The translations under genes and the position numbers were made by a program. From positions 1 to 64,000 of IMG/VR virus record IMGVR_UViG_3300013006_001433: a stretch of 64,000 bases of DNA. One strand, written 5' to 3'. Source of the DNA: a virus. Shown piece after piece: positions 1-9,103 of this stretch. The notes below the pieces were generated by a model, which was not told where the DNA came from, did no database searches, and saw only the letters and a list, made by a program, of their open reading frames with translations. Within the stretch, counting starts at the first letter, position 1, and each line of letters begins with the position of its first letter.

Positions 1-128
1 ACAATAATTTGACTCGTACTCGCCACAGGAATCCCGCTGGGTGCGGCTGAAACTATTCTTTTTTTAGGAACATATAAATTTATTCCTTTTTTAAAGTTTC
101 CGAGTTGTTTGGTTTTCTTGACTATCAT
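1..128 (-). CDS. Hypothetical protein, runs off the window edge (MIVKKTKQLG...AAPSGIPVASTSQII)
   Basis: Hand translation: ATG at 128, open to position 1; lies just downstream of the 149..541 gene. Confidence 0.55.
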   Translation of the reverse strand, partial: MIVKKTKQLGNFKKGINLYVPKKRIVSAAPSGIPVASTSQII

Positions 129-148
129 ATAGTCAATATAAAGTTAAA

Positions 149-541
149 TTAACTTCTTTCCCAACAAATATAACTTGAATTCACTCCACTAACACTAACT
201 ATTCCTGTATAATTAAGATCACTTAAACTTCCACCATCACCACCTCCAGAAACAGTACTTGATGCTAGAACAAAATTAAATGAATTAGAAGCAGCAGAAG
301 CTCCGTATTTTACATAAAGATTGCCGCTTTGTAAATTTTGAATAAAAAGTTCTTCACGATTAGCATTTGCTTGTAATACTGTTCCATTTGTTCCGCTTTG
401 TGTAAAATTAGATATTGTCCCACCTTTTGATGTTAAATCATCTACTGTTATAGCTTCTTGGGCTTTATAAGAGTCTGTGGTTGCATCATAAACTAATGAT
501 ATGCGTTTTTCTGTAGGATCATTTAAATTAATATTAGGCAT
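149..541 (-). CDS. Hypothetical, probably virion-associated beta-rich protein
   Basis: 130 aa S/T/G/N-rich ORF; GTGTAA motif 11 nt upstream of the ATG. Confidence 0.6.
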   Translation of the reverse strand: MPNINLNDPTEKRISLVYDATTDSYKAQEAITVDDLTSKGGTISNFTQSGTNGTVLQANANREELFIQNLQSGNLYVKYGASAASNSFNFVLASSTVSGGGDGGSLSDLNYTGIVSVSGVNSSYICWERS

Positions 542-552
542 AGTACCTAATA

Positions 553-558
553 TTACAC
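553..558 (-). promoter_or_regulatory. GTGTAA putative late promoter
   Basis: Same hexamer recurs just upstream of 8 gene starts. Confidence 0.6.
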
Positions 559-575
559 ATTAAATATAAAAAATG

Positions 576-595
576 ACTAGATAAAATTATCTAGT
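576..595 (-). terminator. Inverted repeat ACTAGATAA-AA-TTATCTAGT, possible intrinsic terminator
   Basis: Perfect 9 bp arms followed on the minus strand by CATTTTTTA; stem is AT-rich and weak. Confidence 0.3.
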
Positions 596-632
596 TTCTC
601 GCCATTGTAAGCTCGCAAAAGTATTTGACTAA

Positions 633-839
633 TTAATGTACTTTATGTATCTTAACAAACTCGACTACAGTAGAGGTTCCTTGGTTAGTTTTGCTTATTA
701 CTTTATAGTTCAATTTATCTAATTGAGTTTTTAAATCTTCAAAGTATTTTTCATCAACTAAAACGAGTATACTTTTTTCTGATTCTTTATAATGAATCTT
801 ATTTGAGAACTCTTGACAAATTGCTATTTCTGCTTTCAC
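633..839 (-). CDS. Hypothetical protein
   Basis: 68 aa ORF with GTG start, 8 nt downstream of GTGTAA (848-853). Confidence 0.6.
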   Translation of the reverse strand: MKAEIAICQEFSNKIHYKESEKSILVLVDEKYFEDLKTQLDKLNYKVISKTNQGTSTVVEFVKIHKVH

Positions 840-870
840 ATAATAATTTACACTATTGGGCTATATAATA

Positions 871-1035
871 TTATTTTTCTTGTATATAGAAATTTTTATG
901 GTTTTTTGGTGAAATTTTCTGTATGTAGGTTTTCGCCTCTTTGTATCCTTCTTTTGATAGGGGAAATACTCCATGAAGAAAATTATCGTTCTTTGATAAG
1001 ATTGCGTAATATTTTTTTCTTTTGGTTTTGGGCAT
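871..1035 (-). CDS. Small basic hypothetical protein (54 aa, MPKTKRKKYYAILSK...)
   Basis: Hand translation, below the ORF-track size cutoff; starts directly after the stop of 1037..1303. Confidence 0.6.
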   Translation of the reverse strand: MPKTKRKKYYAILSKNDNFLHGVFPLSKEGYKEAKTYIQKISPKNHKNFYIQEK

Positions 1036-1036
1036 A

Positions 1037-1303
1037 TTATTTTTTCTTTTGAAGGACTCTTAATTCTTTTTCTAAATTATCCATTGTTTGCATTTCTTTG
1101 TCGCTTTTATTTAATAAATATTTTAATTCTTTCATGTACTCTTCAAATTTCTTATTATAAGATGAGCAAAATTTATCGTTATCTAGTTCATCTAGTTTAG
1201 ACAAGATATTAAAAGCTTTATTAGCAATCCACTCGCAAGTGGCAATGCAATAATTCGATCTATCTGTAAAATCTTTTACTTTATGAGCTTTTTTCTTTTT
1301 CAT
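1037..1303 (-). CDS. Hypothetical helical protein
   Basis: 88 aa ORF overlapping the upstream ORF end. Confidence 0.6.
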   Translation of the reverse strand: MKKKKAHKVKDFTDRSNYCIATCEWIANKAFNILSKLDELDNDKFCSSYNKKFEEYMKELKYLLNKSDKEMQTMDNLEKELRVLQKKK

Positions 1304-1442
1304 ATTCTTCTAGTAAGGTTCTTAATAATTTTAAATGATGTACATCCCAATTGTCGCCAGTAGCATCTTTATCTTTGCTCATATTATCTTCCCAAATATT
1401 TTTTTCAATAATTTGATCTAATAAAGTATATATCTTTTGCAT
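1281..1442 (-). CDS. Hypothetical protein (start refined to MQKIY)
   Basis: ATG at 1442 lies 6 nt below a TTGACT-N17-TATAAT promoter. Confidence 0.6.
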   Translation of the reverse strand: MQKIYTLLDQIIEKNIWEDNMSKDKDATGDNWDVHHLKLLRTLLEEYEKEKSS

Positions 1443-1448
1443 ACTAGT

Positions 1449-1477
1449 ATTATACATAAAATATTGATAAAAGTCAA
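1449..1477 (-). promoter_or_regulatory. Sigma70-type promoter TTGACT-N17-TATAAT
   Basis: Consensus hexamers with exact 17 nt spacer. Confidence 0.7.
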
Positions 1478-1513
1478 AATCTAATGTAATATACATTATA
1501 GTTCTTTAACATT

Positions 1514-1899
1514 GGGCCCGTACTGGTTTCGATTTTAAGAAAATAAATTGAAATGCAGGTGGAGGTTGAATCGAGGACTCCTTAAAAAGTTTCAATTATA
1601 TTAACTGCCAAAACAGCAAAATATAAAGGTCATGTTTCAGCAAGAGTTTCTCTTGTTGAGATGGCCGAATCTGTAGCCTAAGTTACAGCGTGATATCCAC
1701 GATACATCTACTGGAATATTGCGTTATTAGATGTTTGAGTATTATAAGTTTTTTTATTCTTATAGTATTCAATATTCAAAATAAAATAGCTAAGTATGTT
1801 TGTTCTTTATCTATACAAGGCTAAAAATAAAAAGAACTAAACTTGTAGTGTTTTAATTTAGATTTTTAAAAGACAGAGGTTCAATTCCTCTCGGGTCCA
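1514..1899 (+). ncRNA. ssrA: tmRNA; tag ORF 1607-1681 reads AKTAKYKGHVSARVSLVEMAESVA*
   Basis: 5' GGGCCCG pairs with 3' CGGGTCC-A including the G3:U70 alanine identity pair; 5' CTGGTTTCGA; T-arm GAGG-TTCAATT-CCTC; pk1 GGAG/CTCC plus TTGAA/TTCAA; resume context TTAACT-GCC; CCA not encoded. Confidence 0.93.
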
Positions 1900-1930
1900 A
1901 GCAAACGAATCCCTGTGTCCGCATTTTTAC

Positions 1931-1959
1931 TAGACAATACAATAAGATTCATGTATGAT
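1931..1959 (+). promoter_or_regulatory. Sigma70-type promoter TAGACA-N17-TATGAT
   Basis: 6 nt upstream of ATG 1966. Confidence 0.55.
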
Positions 1960-1965
1960 ACTTAT

Positions 1966-2532
1966 ATGAAGATAAAAAAGACAAAAATAATTTGCGCCGA
2001 ATGTGGTAAAGAGCACGAAATAAGACAAGGTGATTATAATAGAAAAATTAAAGCTGGCCAAGATAAATTCTATTGCAGTTTAAAATGCTCTGGAAAAGCT
2101 GATTACAAAAATAACCCAAGTAAATTAGAAAAAAATAAAGGTAATATTAGTTTACTAAAAGGTTATGAAGCTAATAGATTAGATGAATACAGTCCTTTTA
2201 AATACTCCTTAAATAAAGCTAGATCAAGAAGCAAAGAAAGAGGAGAGGAAACGGATTTAACTCTGGAATACTTAAAGGAAATTTGGGAAAAGCAAAATGG
2301 TTTATGTACATATACAAATATAGTCATGGAAATGCCAAGAAGTTCTCAAGATGAAGATATTAAAAAAAGCCCAACAAAATTAAGTCTCGACAGAGTGCAT
2401 TCTCATACTGGTTATTTCAAAGGAAATGTTGAATTCGTTTGCTACTGCGTTAATGTTATGAAAAACGACTTTAGTAAAGATCAGATGCTGGATTTTATAG
2501 AATTAATTATTAAAAATAATGTTAAAATTTGA
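1966..2532 (+). CDS. Zinc-finger plus HNH-type (homing) endonuclease
   Basis: CAECG...YCSLKC N-terminal Zn motif; QNGLCTYT...SLDRVHSHTGYFKGNVEFVCYCVN HNH-like C-terminus; start refined from the promoter. Confidence 0.7.
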   Translation: MKIKKTKIICAECGKEHEIRQGDYNRKIKAGQDKFYCSLKCSGKADYKNNPSKLEKNKGNISLLKGYEANRLDEYSPFKYSLNKARSRSKERGEETDLTLEYLKEIWEKQNGLCTYTNIVMEMPRSSQDEDIKKSPTKLSLDRVHSHTGYFKGNVEFVCYCVNVMKNDFSKDQMLDFIELIIKNNVKI

Positions 2533-3277
2533 TAAAATATTAACTGAAGATCAAGCTGAATTATACTCATTAAGAGTGCTTGATTGCAAGGATGTATTTA
2601 ATTCTTATGCAGACAATAAGTTTAGTACTTTAGGTGCAGCAAGTTACGCTAATGGTTTAGAAGAATATAATTTAATTAAAAATAAAATCAACCCAGTTAT
2701 TAAAAATAACTTTTTAGATTTGCTTAATATTGTCAAGGACTACTTAGAGTTAAGCATAAATGAACCTTGTTATTTTGATGAAAATTTAAGTTATCCAGGA
2801 TTTCATATATTTTATACAGATCATAAAGACGCTTTATTGCCATTGACCTCTTTGCATATTGATACTCCTTATGAATTACATAAAAATTATTTATTAAAAA
2901 AATATAGTGTTGTTGATTTTGATTCGCCTATTACTTTTACTTTATGTTTAAAATTGCCTAAAAGTGGTGCAGGATTATATTATTGGGATAAAGATAACTG
3001 GGACAAACAAACAGAAGAACAAAGTTACGAATTCTATTCTGATGTTTACGACAAGTATTCAACAATTTTTAAAACAAATACTCCAAGCAGAGAAGACTAT
3101 GAAAAGTTTCTGCAACCAAAAATTCTATCTTATGAAATTGGTAGTATAGTTTTATTTAAAGGAAATCTGCTTCATCAAATCGCGCCGTTTTATAATCCCA
3201 TTTATTCTGATGAATCAAGAATCACCTTGCAAGGGCATGGAATTAAATGCGATAACAAGTGGTTGCTTTATTTTTAA
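2519..3277 (+). CDS. 2OG-Fe(II) oxygenase superfamily protein
   Basis: PGFHIF, HxD (HID), distal H (LLHQIAP) and RITLQGH motifs. Confidence 0.65.
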   Translation: MLKFDKILTEDQAELYSLRVLDCKDVFNSYADNKFSTLGAASYANGLEEYNLIKNKINPVIKNNFLDLLNIVKDYLELSINEPCYFDENLSYPGFHIFYTDHKDALLPLTSLHIDTPYELHKNYLLKKYSVVDFDSPITFTLCLKLPKSGAGLYYWDKDNWDKQTEEQSYEFYSDVYDKYSTIFKTNTPSREDYEKFLQPKILSYEIGSIVLFKGNLLHQIAPFYNPIYSDESRITLQGHGIKCDNKWLLYF

Positions 3278-4266
3278 ATTTTACTTTTATCACCAGAAAA
3301 TACGACTTCAACATAATCATTAAGTGCGTGATTTAAATAAGCTTTAATAAAAGACTGCATTCCTTGTAATGTATTAAAATTATATAAACTATTATTTTGA
3401 TATACTTTATAAGTATTAATTTTCTCCAATACATCGCATTTATTAATTATAAGTTTTGTTACTCCAGAGATTTTAAGCGCATCAATTAGTTTGTTCAAAT
3501 TAAGCCAATTGACTATTCTTTTTCTTCCAGTTGTAGATCCAAATTCTTGACCTATATCAATAATCATATTCAACTCCGAATCTTCCCAAAGAGATTCTGG
3601 AAAGAGTGGGTCTACTCCACTTTTGGTATCATAAATTTTTGCTACTCCAATTATCTCTCTTATTTTTTTAGGACTAAAGCCTAAAGAACAAGCAGAGTAT
3701 GGCAGAGTCTCACTACTTGTAACATATGGATAATCTCCATAATTTAAATCCAACCAAAAGCTTTGCGCTCCTTCGCAAAGAATTTCTCCATAAAGCTCTC
3801 CATCCCAAAGATATTGTTTATCTAAATAATTTCCAGCAAGTTTCCCAGTTCGTAAAGCTTTATCTGCATAAGCTGGAGCAATTCCTTGCCCAGTAGTTCC
3901 AAGTTTAGGTTTTAAAAATTTAAGATCATACTGAATATGTTTTTCAGTAATGATATGGGCTTTAGGGCTTACTTTGATTAAAGATGTATCAAATCCCTCT
4001 TTCTTTAAGTACTCTATCTCATCAAAAAATTTATCAATATTGATAACGCAATTTGGACCAATGACGCTAAGTTTATTTTGAAAAACACCACAAGGAATGA
4101 TATGAGTTTTATACTTTTTATCATTAAGATAAACTGTGTGACCTGCATTGGGGCCACCATTCCAACGACAAACAATATCATAATTTTTAGATATTGCATT
4201 ACTTATCTTGCCTTTGCCTTCATCGCCCCAAGCTAATCCAAAGATGATGTCAACTGCTTTGATCAT
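3274..4266 (-). CDS. purA: Adenylosuccinate synthetase (short form)
   Basis: WGDEGKGK, GGPNAGHT, GTTGQGIAPAYADK, EGAQ, YPYVTSS, EFGSTTGRKR. Confidence 0.93.
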   Translation of the reverse strand: MIKAVDIIFGLAWGDEGKGKISNAISKNYDIVCRWNGGPNAGHTVYLNDKKYKTHIIPCGVFQNKLSVIGPNCVINIDKFFDEIEYLKKEGFDTSLIKVSPKAHIITEKHIQYDLKFLKPKLGTTGQGIAPAYADKALRTGKLAGNYLDKQYLWDGELYGEILCEGAQSFWLDLNYGDYPYVTSSETLPYSACSLGFSPKKIREIIGVAKIYDTKSGVDPLFPESLWEDSELNMIIDIGQEFGSTTGRKRIVNWLNLNKLIDALKISGVTKLIINKCDVLEKINTYKVYQNNSLYNFNTLQGMQSFIKAYLNHALNDYVEVVFSGDKSKI

Positions 4267-4495
4267 TTTTAGCTAATTGTTCTTGAGCTTTTTGAAGTCC
4301 ATCTAGGTAATCGGTAAGAAGTTTTTTGCAGAAATTACTGCCATCTGCTCCACAGCATTTTTTAAATTTTTTGTTATTGATTTGGCAAAAATCATTTCTC
4401 TGCATTTTGGGAGCAAGCCTTCTAACGGGTGCTCTAAAATAAGCTTGAACATATGGGGTTATACCATCTTCTTCTTTTTTAAGATCATCATTCAT
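4250..4495 (-). CDS. Small protein with a SEC-C-like metal-binding motif
   Basis: RNDFCQINNKKFKKCCG resembles RNDPCPCGSGKKYKKCCG. Confidence 0.55.
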   Translation of the reverse strand: MNDDLKKEEDGITPYVQAYFRAPVRRLAPKMQRNDFCQINNKKFKKCCGADGSNFCKKLLTDYLDGLQKAQEQLAKNDQSS

Positions 4496-5666
4496 AAATA
4501 ATTTTTCTTTTCTTTCCTTTTCTTTTTATATCCAAAGTAAGACAATGGATTCCTGCGTCCCAAAATCCTCCGTGCCTTATTTTGCATACATGACAATTAA
4601 TTCCAAACGTTTCTAGTAATTTAAAAACTTTTGGTTGTTCTGTATTATATATTATATTTGTTGGATTGACAACTAAAACATTTGATTCAAAAGCTACTTC
4701 TTGAGCGTACCCTTTCCATTCCATAAGCCAATAGTTTAACCAATCTAAAATGGACTGATCATTGTTTAAATCAAGTTTATCTTTGAATTTTTGTGTAGAT
4801 TGATAAAAAGTATAAGAATCAAAAGGTTTATATAAACCTTTAAGTTCAACGATGTATTTGTTGCGTAGACATTTTGGCACCCATTCTTTGGACGTACATA
4901 AAACCATATCATCATTAGGCATGTAAAATCCATGATCAATGTGACCCCAGCCATTCATAATTGTTTCTTCATTCCTAACGATATTCCCTGATAAATTTCT
5001 TTTCATCCATTCAAGCCCAAGCAAAGTTCCTGGCCCTAAGTTATTAGTAATAATATCTTCTCCACATTTAAAAAAATTTGCGGTATGCCATAACAAATGA
5101 TTTGAATATTTTTTATATAAATCATTCGGAGCTATATCTACGAGTTGCCAATTATCGTCAGGAGCAACTGAATTTACCAAATCAAAATATGGACTAGGCA
5201 GGTATACCTTTTCAGCTCCAGAGTTTGTAGCTAAAAAGAAATTTTTCATATTTGGAGGAGGTTGACTAATCCAATTGTAACCTTCTTCGAATAAAGATAA
5301 AAATATATCATAATATGCTAATGAATCTACATATCTATCTTGAAAAGAAGTATAGGTTTGGTATAAGGTTTTGTCATATGCAAAATATTGATCTCTTGGT
5401 ACAAGAGGAAAAGATGGGTTTCTGATTGTAAAGTCTCCACATTTTATATTTTGACTGAAATTAATAATTTTAGGTCTGTGTACTTTTACTTTAAATGTAC
5501 TTGTAATATAATTAGCTAAATTATCTAAGTCTTCTTTCGTTTCAGATAGAATTAAATTAAAAGTTTTTCTTACATCTTTCGATACTGGCCAATCAGCTGG
5601 AATTTCAATTGGACAATTTCCAACTATCACTTCTTCTAATTGATCCCAATTTGTAAAAATGCTCAT
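4488..5666 (-). CDS. Amidinotransferase (glycine/inosamine-phosphate amidinotransferase family)
   Basis: WDQLEEVIVG, PRD, GHID and C-terminal GIHCLTLD catalytic Cys motif. Confidence 0.8.
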   Translation of the reverse strand: MSIFTNWDQLEEVIVGNCPIEIPADWPVSKDVRKTFNLILSETKEDLDNLANYITSTFKVKVHRPKIINFSQNIKCGDFTIRNPSFPLVPRDQYFAYDKTLYQTYTSFQDRYVDSLAYYDIFLSLFEEGYNWISQPPPNMKNFFLATNSGAEKVYLPSPYFDLVNSVAPDDNWQLVDIAPNDLYKKYSNHLLWHTANFFKCGEDIITNNLGPGTLLGLEWMKRNLSGNIVRNEETIMNGWGHIDHGFYMPNDDMVLCTSKEWVPKCLRNKYIVELKGLYKPFDSYTFYQSTQKFKDKLDLNNDQSILDWLNYWLMEWKGYAQEVAFESNVLVVNPTNIIYNTEQPKVFKLLETFGINCHVCKIRHGGFWDAGIHCLTLDIKRKGKKRKIIYE

Positions 5667-6103
5667 TTTATTTTTAATATTTTATTTAAATAAGATTTAT
5701 CCCAAAATTCGTAGTAAGAAGTTTTAGATAAAATATCTCTAGCCTTATTCAATTCTTCTTTAGGTTGACAAAAAATCATATCATATTTATCATTATCTGT
5801 TCTAATATTATTAATATAAGTTCTTTCTGATTTACTATTGTATAGAAATATAAATTTTTTATATTTACAATTTAAATTATCGCAAATTTTTTGTAAAAAT
5901 TTAGGAGTATATTGTTTTTCTGTATCAGAAACGAATATTACTAATTCATAACCATGGGGAAAATTTATTATAATGTTATCAAGGTCTGTGCTAATTATTT
6001 TATATTTGGCTTTTTTTGCAAAAGGACAAATAGAGTGTCCACCTATGTTTTTTTGTGGCTTAGATATCTTATCAATCCAATCATTGATATTGATTTTTTG
6101 CAT
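5663..6103 (-). CDS. Hypothetical protein with CPFA motif (DUF1415-like)
   Basis: WI...ICPFAKK N-terminus. Confidence 0.45.
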   Translation of the reverse strand: MQKININDWIDKISKPQKNIGGHSICPFAKKAKYKIISTDLDNIIINFPHGYELVIFVSDTEKQYTPKFLQKICDNLNCKYKKFIFLYNSKSERTYINNIRTDNDKYDMIFCQPKEELNKARDILSKTSYYEFWDKSYLNKILKIK

Positions 6104-6313
6104 TTATAATTCTTGAGAAGGATTCCTGATATCAAAAATAGAAGCTTTAGAAGATTCGTTTTTGTCATTTTTAACAACTACATTAGTTTCATCAAAAACT
6201 TCAATTACCTCTCCATAAAAGTGGTCTAAAGTGTTATAATTTGTTATAACTGCCACTCTTTTACCAAGCATTCTCTTCAAGACATTTAGTTTTTGTGTAT
6301 TTTTTTGTTTCAT
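6104..6313 (-). CDS. Small protein, possible Sm/LSm-like fold
   Basis: LGKRVAV...FYGEV...FDETNVVV resembles the Sm1 motif; has its own promoter. Confidence 0.4.
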   Translation of the reverse strand: MKQKNTQKLNVLKRMLGKRVAVITNYNTLDHFYGEVIEVFDETNVVVKNDKNESSKASIFDIRNPSQEL

Positions 6314-6321
6314 CTTTTAGA

Positions 6322-6350
6322 ATTATATATTATATATTAGTTAATATCAA
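6322..6350 (-). promoter_or_regulatory. Sigma70-type promoter TTGATA-N17-TATAAT
   Basis: 8 nt upstream of ATG 6313. Confidence 0.6.
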
Positions 6351-7585
6351 GCTTTTTTCTTAATAAAAACTTTTTCTATTATTGATAATCCCTTGTCGCA
6401 TCCTTCTTTATCTATTGTCAAAGGCGGTAAAGCTATTAAAGAATTATTATCTCCAGAAGTGCACCACATCAATCCATTATTTATAAATTCAAAGAATAGT
6501 CTACCTACTAAATAAGTATTTGGTGTTCTGTCGACTTTATTGATTAATTCAACGGCTATCATTAATCCAATGCCCCTTACTTCTAGTGTTTCTTCTGGAT
6601 AATATTTTTTAAATAGTTTTTCTATATTCGTTCTTAAATACTCTCCCATTGTAATTGAATTTTCGCATAGCTTATCTTGTTCTATAATATCTATATTAGT
6701 TTTAGTTATACTAGTTGAGTATGGGGTCCAGGAGAAAGTAGCGGAAATATCTCCAAATTTATATTTTTTTAAATATTCTTCTTTCACAAGAACTGCTCCA
6801 ATTGCGGAATAACCAGAAGATACGCCTTTAGCAAGTATAATTGCATCTGGTTCAATTTTAAAATAATGCGAAGCAAGCATGTGCCCTATTCTTCCAAATC
6901 CAGTAATTGCTTCATCTAGGATAAGGAAAATATTTCTTTTTTTACATATTTCATAAAATTTTTTCCAATAATCTTTATGGGGTATAATAACTCCTCCGCT
7001 ACCTAAGATTGGTTCAGCTATAAATATTTTTATGTCTGGATTATTATCGAAAAATTCTTCTACTTCTTGCATGGATTCAGAATAGGAATTTGGCGGATCT
7101 AGTTTAATTGATTCATAACCTTTTCTAACGAATGGAAGTTTAAATTTTACTATTTCTCCCATTCCAAGCGTGGCTTGACTCCATCCATGATAAGATCTTT
7201 TGAATGTACCAATTTTGCCATTGGTTATATTAGAGAAAATTGATAAAGCTACTTCATTTGCATTTGCTCCACCAGTAGCTCTTAAACATTTATACTTAGA
7301 TTGTGGAAAAAAAGAAATTAACTTTTTAGCTAGTTCGTCAGCTTCTTGAGTAGGCATCCAAGGAGGGGCGTAATTTGATTTATTAATTTGCTTTATTTGA
7401 GCTTGTAGCATTTTAGGGTTCTGCCAACCAATATTGGCCACTCCATATCCTGCAGAAAAGTCAATATATTCTTTACCTTCTACGTCTATTAACGTATAAT
7501 TTTTGGCAGTTTCAAACGCTGCTGGAATTAAATAAGCAGATGCCATATTATTTTTTAATGATTTGTATAGCAATTTATTGTTCAT
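6347..7585 (-). CDS. Class III PLP-dependent aminotransferase
   Basis: DVEGKEYIDFSAG, SYHGWS, EPILGSGG, DEAITGFGRIG, AKGVSSGY (PLP Lys). Confidence 0.88.
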   Translation of the reverse strand: MNNKLLYKSLKNNMASAYLIPAAFETAKNYTLIDVEGKEYIDFSAGYGVANIGWQNPKMLQAQIKQINKSNYAPPWMPTQEADELAKKLISFFPQSKYKCLRATGGANANEVALSIFSNITNGKIGTFKRSYHGWSQATLGMGEIVKFKLPFVRKGYESIKLDPPNSYSESMQEVEEFFDNNPDIKIFIAEPILGSGGVIIPHKDYWKKFYEICKKRNIFLILDEAITGFGRIGHMLASHYFKIEPDAIILAKGVSSGYSAIGAVLVKEEYLKKYKFGDISATFSWTPYSTSITKTNIDIIEQDKLCENSITMGEYLRTNIEKLFKKYYPEETLEVRGIGLMIAVELINKVDRTPNTYLVGRLFFEFINNGLMWCTSGDNNSLIALPPLTIDKEGCDKGLSIIEKVFIKKKA

Positions 7586-7589
7586 TTGA

Positions 7590-8336
7590 TTAGCACTTTA
7601 TACTTTCGTAAATTTCGAGTTGATCTTTAAGCATTTTTTCTAACAAATCTCTTTTATAATAATTACCTCGATATGATGTTATTTGCTCCTCATTAAATGG
7701 CTTTATATAACAATCAAGTAATTCACTTAATGATTTACATGTTTTTTTAATTTCTGAAAATTTACCAATATAATTGAAGTCTTTAATGTTTTCATATCCA
7801 TAAAATAATTCTTTTATTGGTTGATATTTAATTCCATTGTAATAAAAATATATTGGAATATCATTTAATATCATATCTATATATTCTTCTAATGAATGAT
7901 ATTGATTAGCTTTAAAAACCATACTTATTCTTTCATCTAAAGATAATTTATTTATTGCGTCTAGAGATAATTTATTTGCTTCATCTAAAAATTTTTTATT
8001 TGTTGCAAAATTCCAATAAGCGAAAAGTTCGTATATTTGATCTACTGGATGATTTATTATCGTAAAATGAAGATCTTCTTGTTTTTTGTTTAAATTAGAG
8101 GTAGAAAAAACTCCATAAAGTATGCCTTCGAATCTTTCGTGTTTTAATGTGGCTGGTATCATTTTAAGTATATCATTCGAGTCTCTATAATCGTTTTCAT
8201 TACATAATAGATAAGGATAATGAAACTCTTTGATTTGTTTGTTTTCTATATCTGGATCATATAAGTCTATTCCATCTAATATAGAATCAAGTATTTTTGG
8301 ATACAATCTTCCTGCCATTGCTTGATATATTATCAT
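7590..8336 (-). CDS. Hypothetical, weakly sulfotransferase-like
   Basis: FTIINHPVDQIYELF resembles FTxxRxPxxRxxS but lacks the Arg and Ser; FNYIGKF. Confidence 0.35.
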   Translation of the reverse strand: MIIYQAMAGRLYPKILDSILDGIDLYDPDIENKQIKEFHYPYLLCNENDYRDSNDILKMIPATLKHERFEGILYGVFSTSNLNKKQEDLHFTIINHPVDQIYELFAYWNFATNKKFLDEANKLSLDAINKLSLDERISMVFKANQYHSLEEYIDMILNDIPIYFYYNGIKYQPIKELFYGYENIKDFNYIGKFSEIKKTCKSLSELLDCYIKPFNEEQITSYRGNYYKRDLLEKMLKDQLEIYESIKC

Positions 8337-8344
8337 ATGGAATA

Positions 8345-9103
8345 TTATTCTTTATCATCAAACCTTGCGACATAAGATATCATTCTAAAATGGGCTTTTC
8401 TTAAAGATTCTATTTTAGAGGTTTGATGATCCCGTTGGTGAAGGATTAATTTGTTTTCTAGTAATATTGCTCCAGAGGTTGGTATTAGTTCGTTTTGGCT
8501 TTTAAAAATTAATATATCTCCAACTTTTAAATCAGCAATAGATTGAGGATGAATTTTTTTAAAATTATTTTTTTGTAACCAGTCTTTTCTATATTCCCAT
8601 GTCCAAGATAGATTTTCGTCTGGTTTTTTTGATCTTTCTGGCTCTGGATCTGTTATGAAGATTTTTAATTCTTGAACAAGATGTCTTTCTAGAGTTGCCC
8701 AACAATCGTTTACCCCATTTTGGTAATTTAAATTAATGTATTTTTTATAATGAGAATATTTAATTGGATCAAAAAAATAAAATTTATTTTCTATAACATT
8801 ATAAAGAACATAAGGAATTTCAGTTTTTAAACTGGTATCTATATCTTCACTAGAAAAACCTCCTCCTTTTACATGAGAATGAAAGCACGCTAAAATGTCT
8901 CCTTTTTGTTCACATATTTTTTGATCCATCGGATTTATTAGAAATTTATTCCTTTTATCTAATGATATATTTTCACATTCTCGAATAAATATTTCTTTTT
9001 TAAAGATAGAAATATAAATTAATCCACAAAGTTCTTCCTTGGTGTTACTTAAGGAATACTCTTTGATTTTTTTTAATATATTTTTATTTAAAAGATTATG
9101 CAT
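8345..9103 (-). CDS. Tail assembly protein K-like (JAB/MPN plus NlpC/P60), paralog 2
   Basis: EELCG, ENIS, FHSHxxxxxxSxxD JAB motif; GVNDCW; NlpC His replaced by Ser (PTSGAILL). Confidence 0.75.
   Translation of the reverse strand: MHNLLNKNILKKIKEYSLSNTKEELCGLIYISIFKKEIFIRECENISLDKRNKFLINPMDQKICEQKGDILACFHSHVKGGGFSSEDIDTSLKTEIPYVLYNVIENKFYFFDPIKYSHYKKYINLNYQNGVNDCWATLERHLVQELKIFITDPEPERSKKPDENLSWTWEYRKDWLQKNNFKKIHPQSIADLKVGDILIFKSQNELIPTSGAILLENKLILHQRDHQTSKIESLRKAHFRMISYVARFDDKE

Noticed and set aside
813-1052. Plus-strand 79 aa ORF
   Set aside because: Shadow of a better minus-strand ORF (871..1035) in a minus-strand gene run; Phe/Ile-rich antisense composition
3274-4266. PurZ (2-aminoadenine genome pathway)
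   Set aside because: The motif is GDEGKG with the PurA catalytic Asp, not the PurZ Ser variant; no dATPase or MazZ is seen in the window
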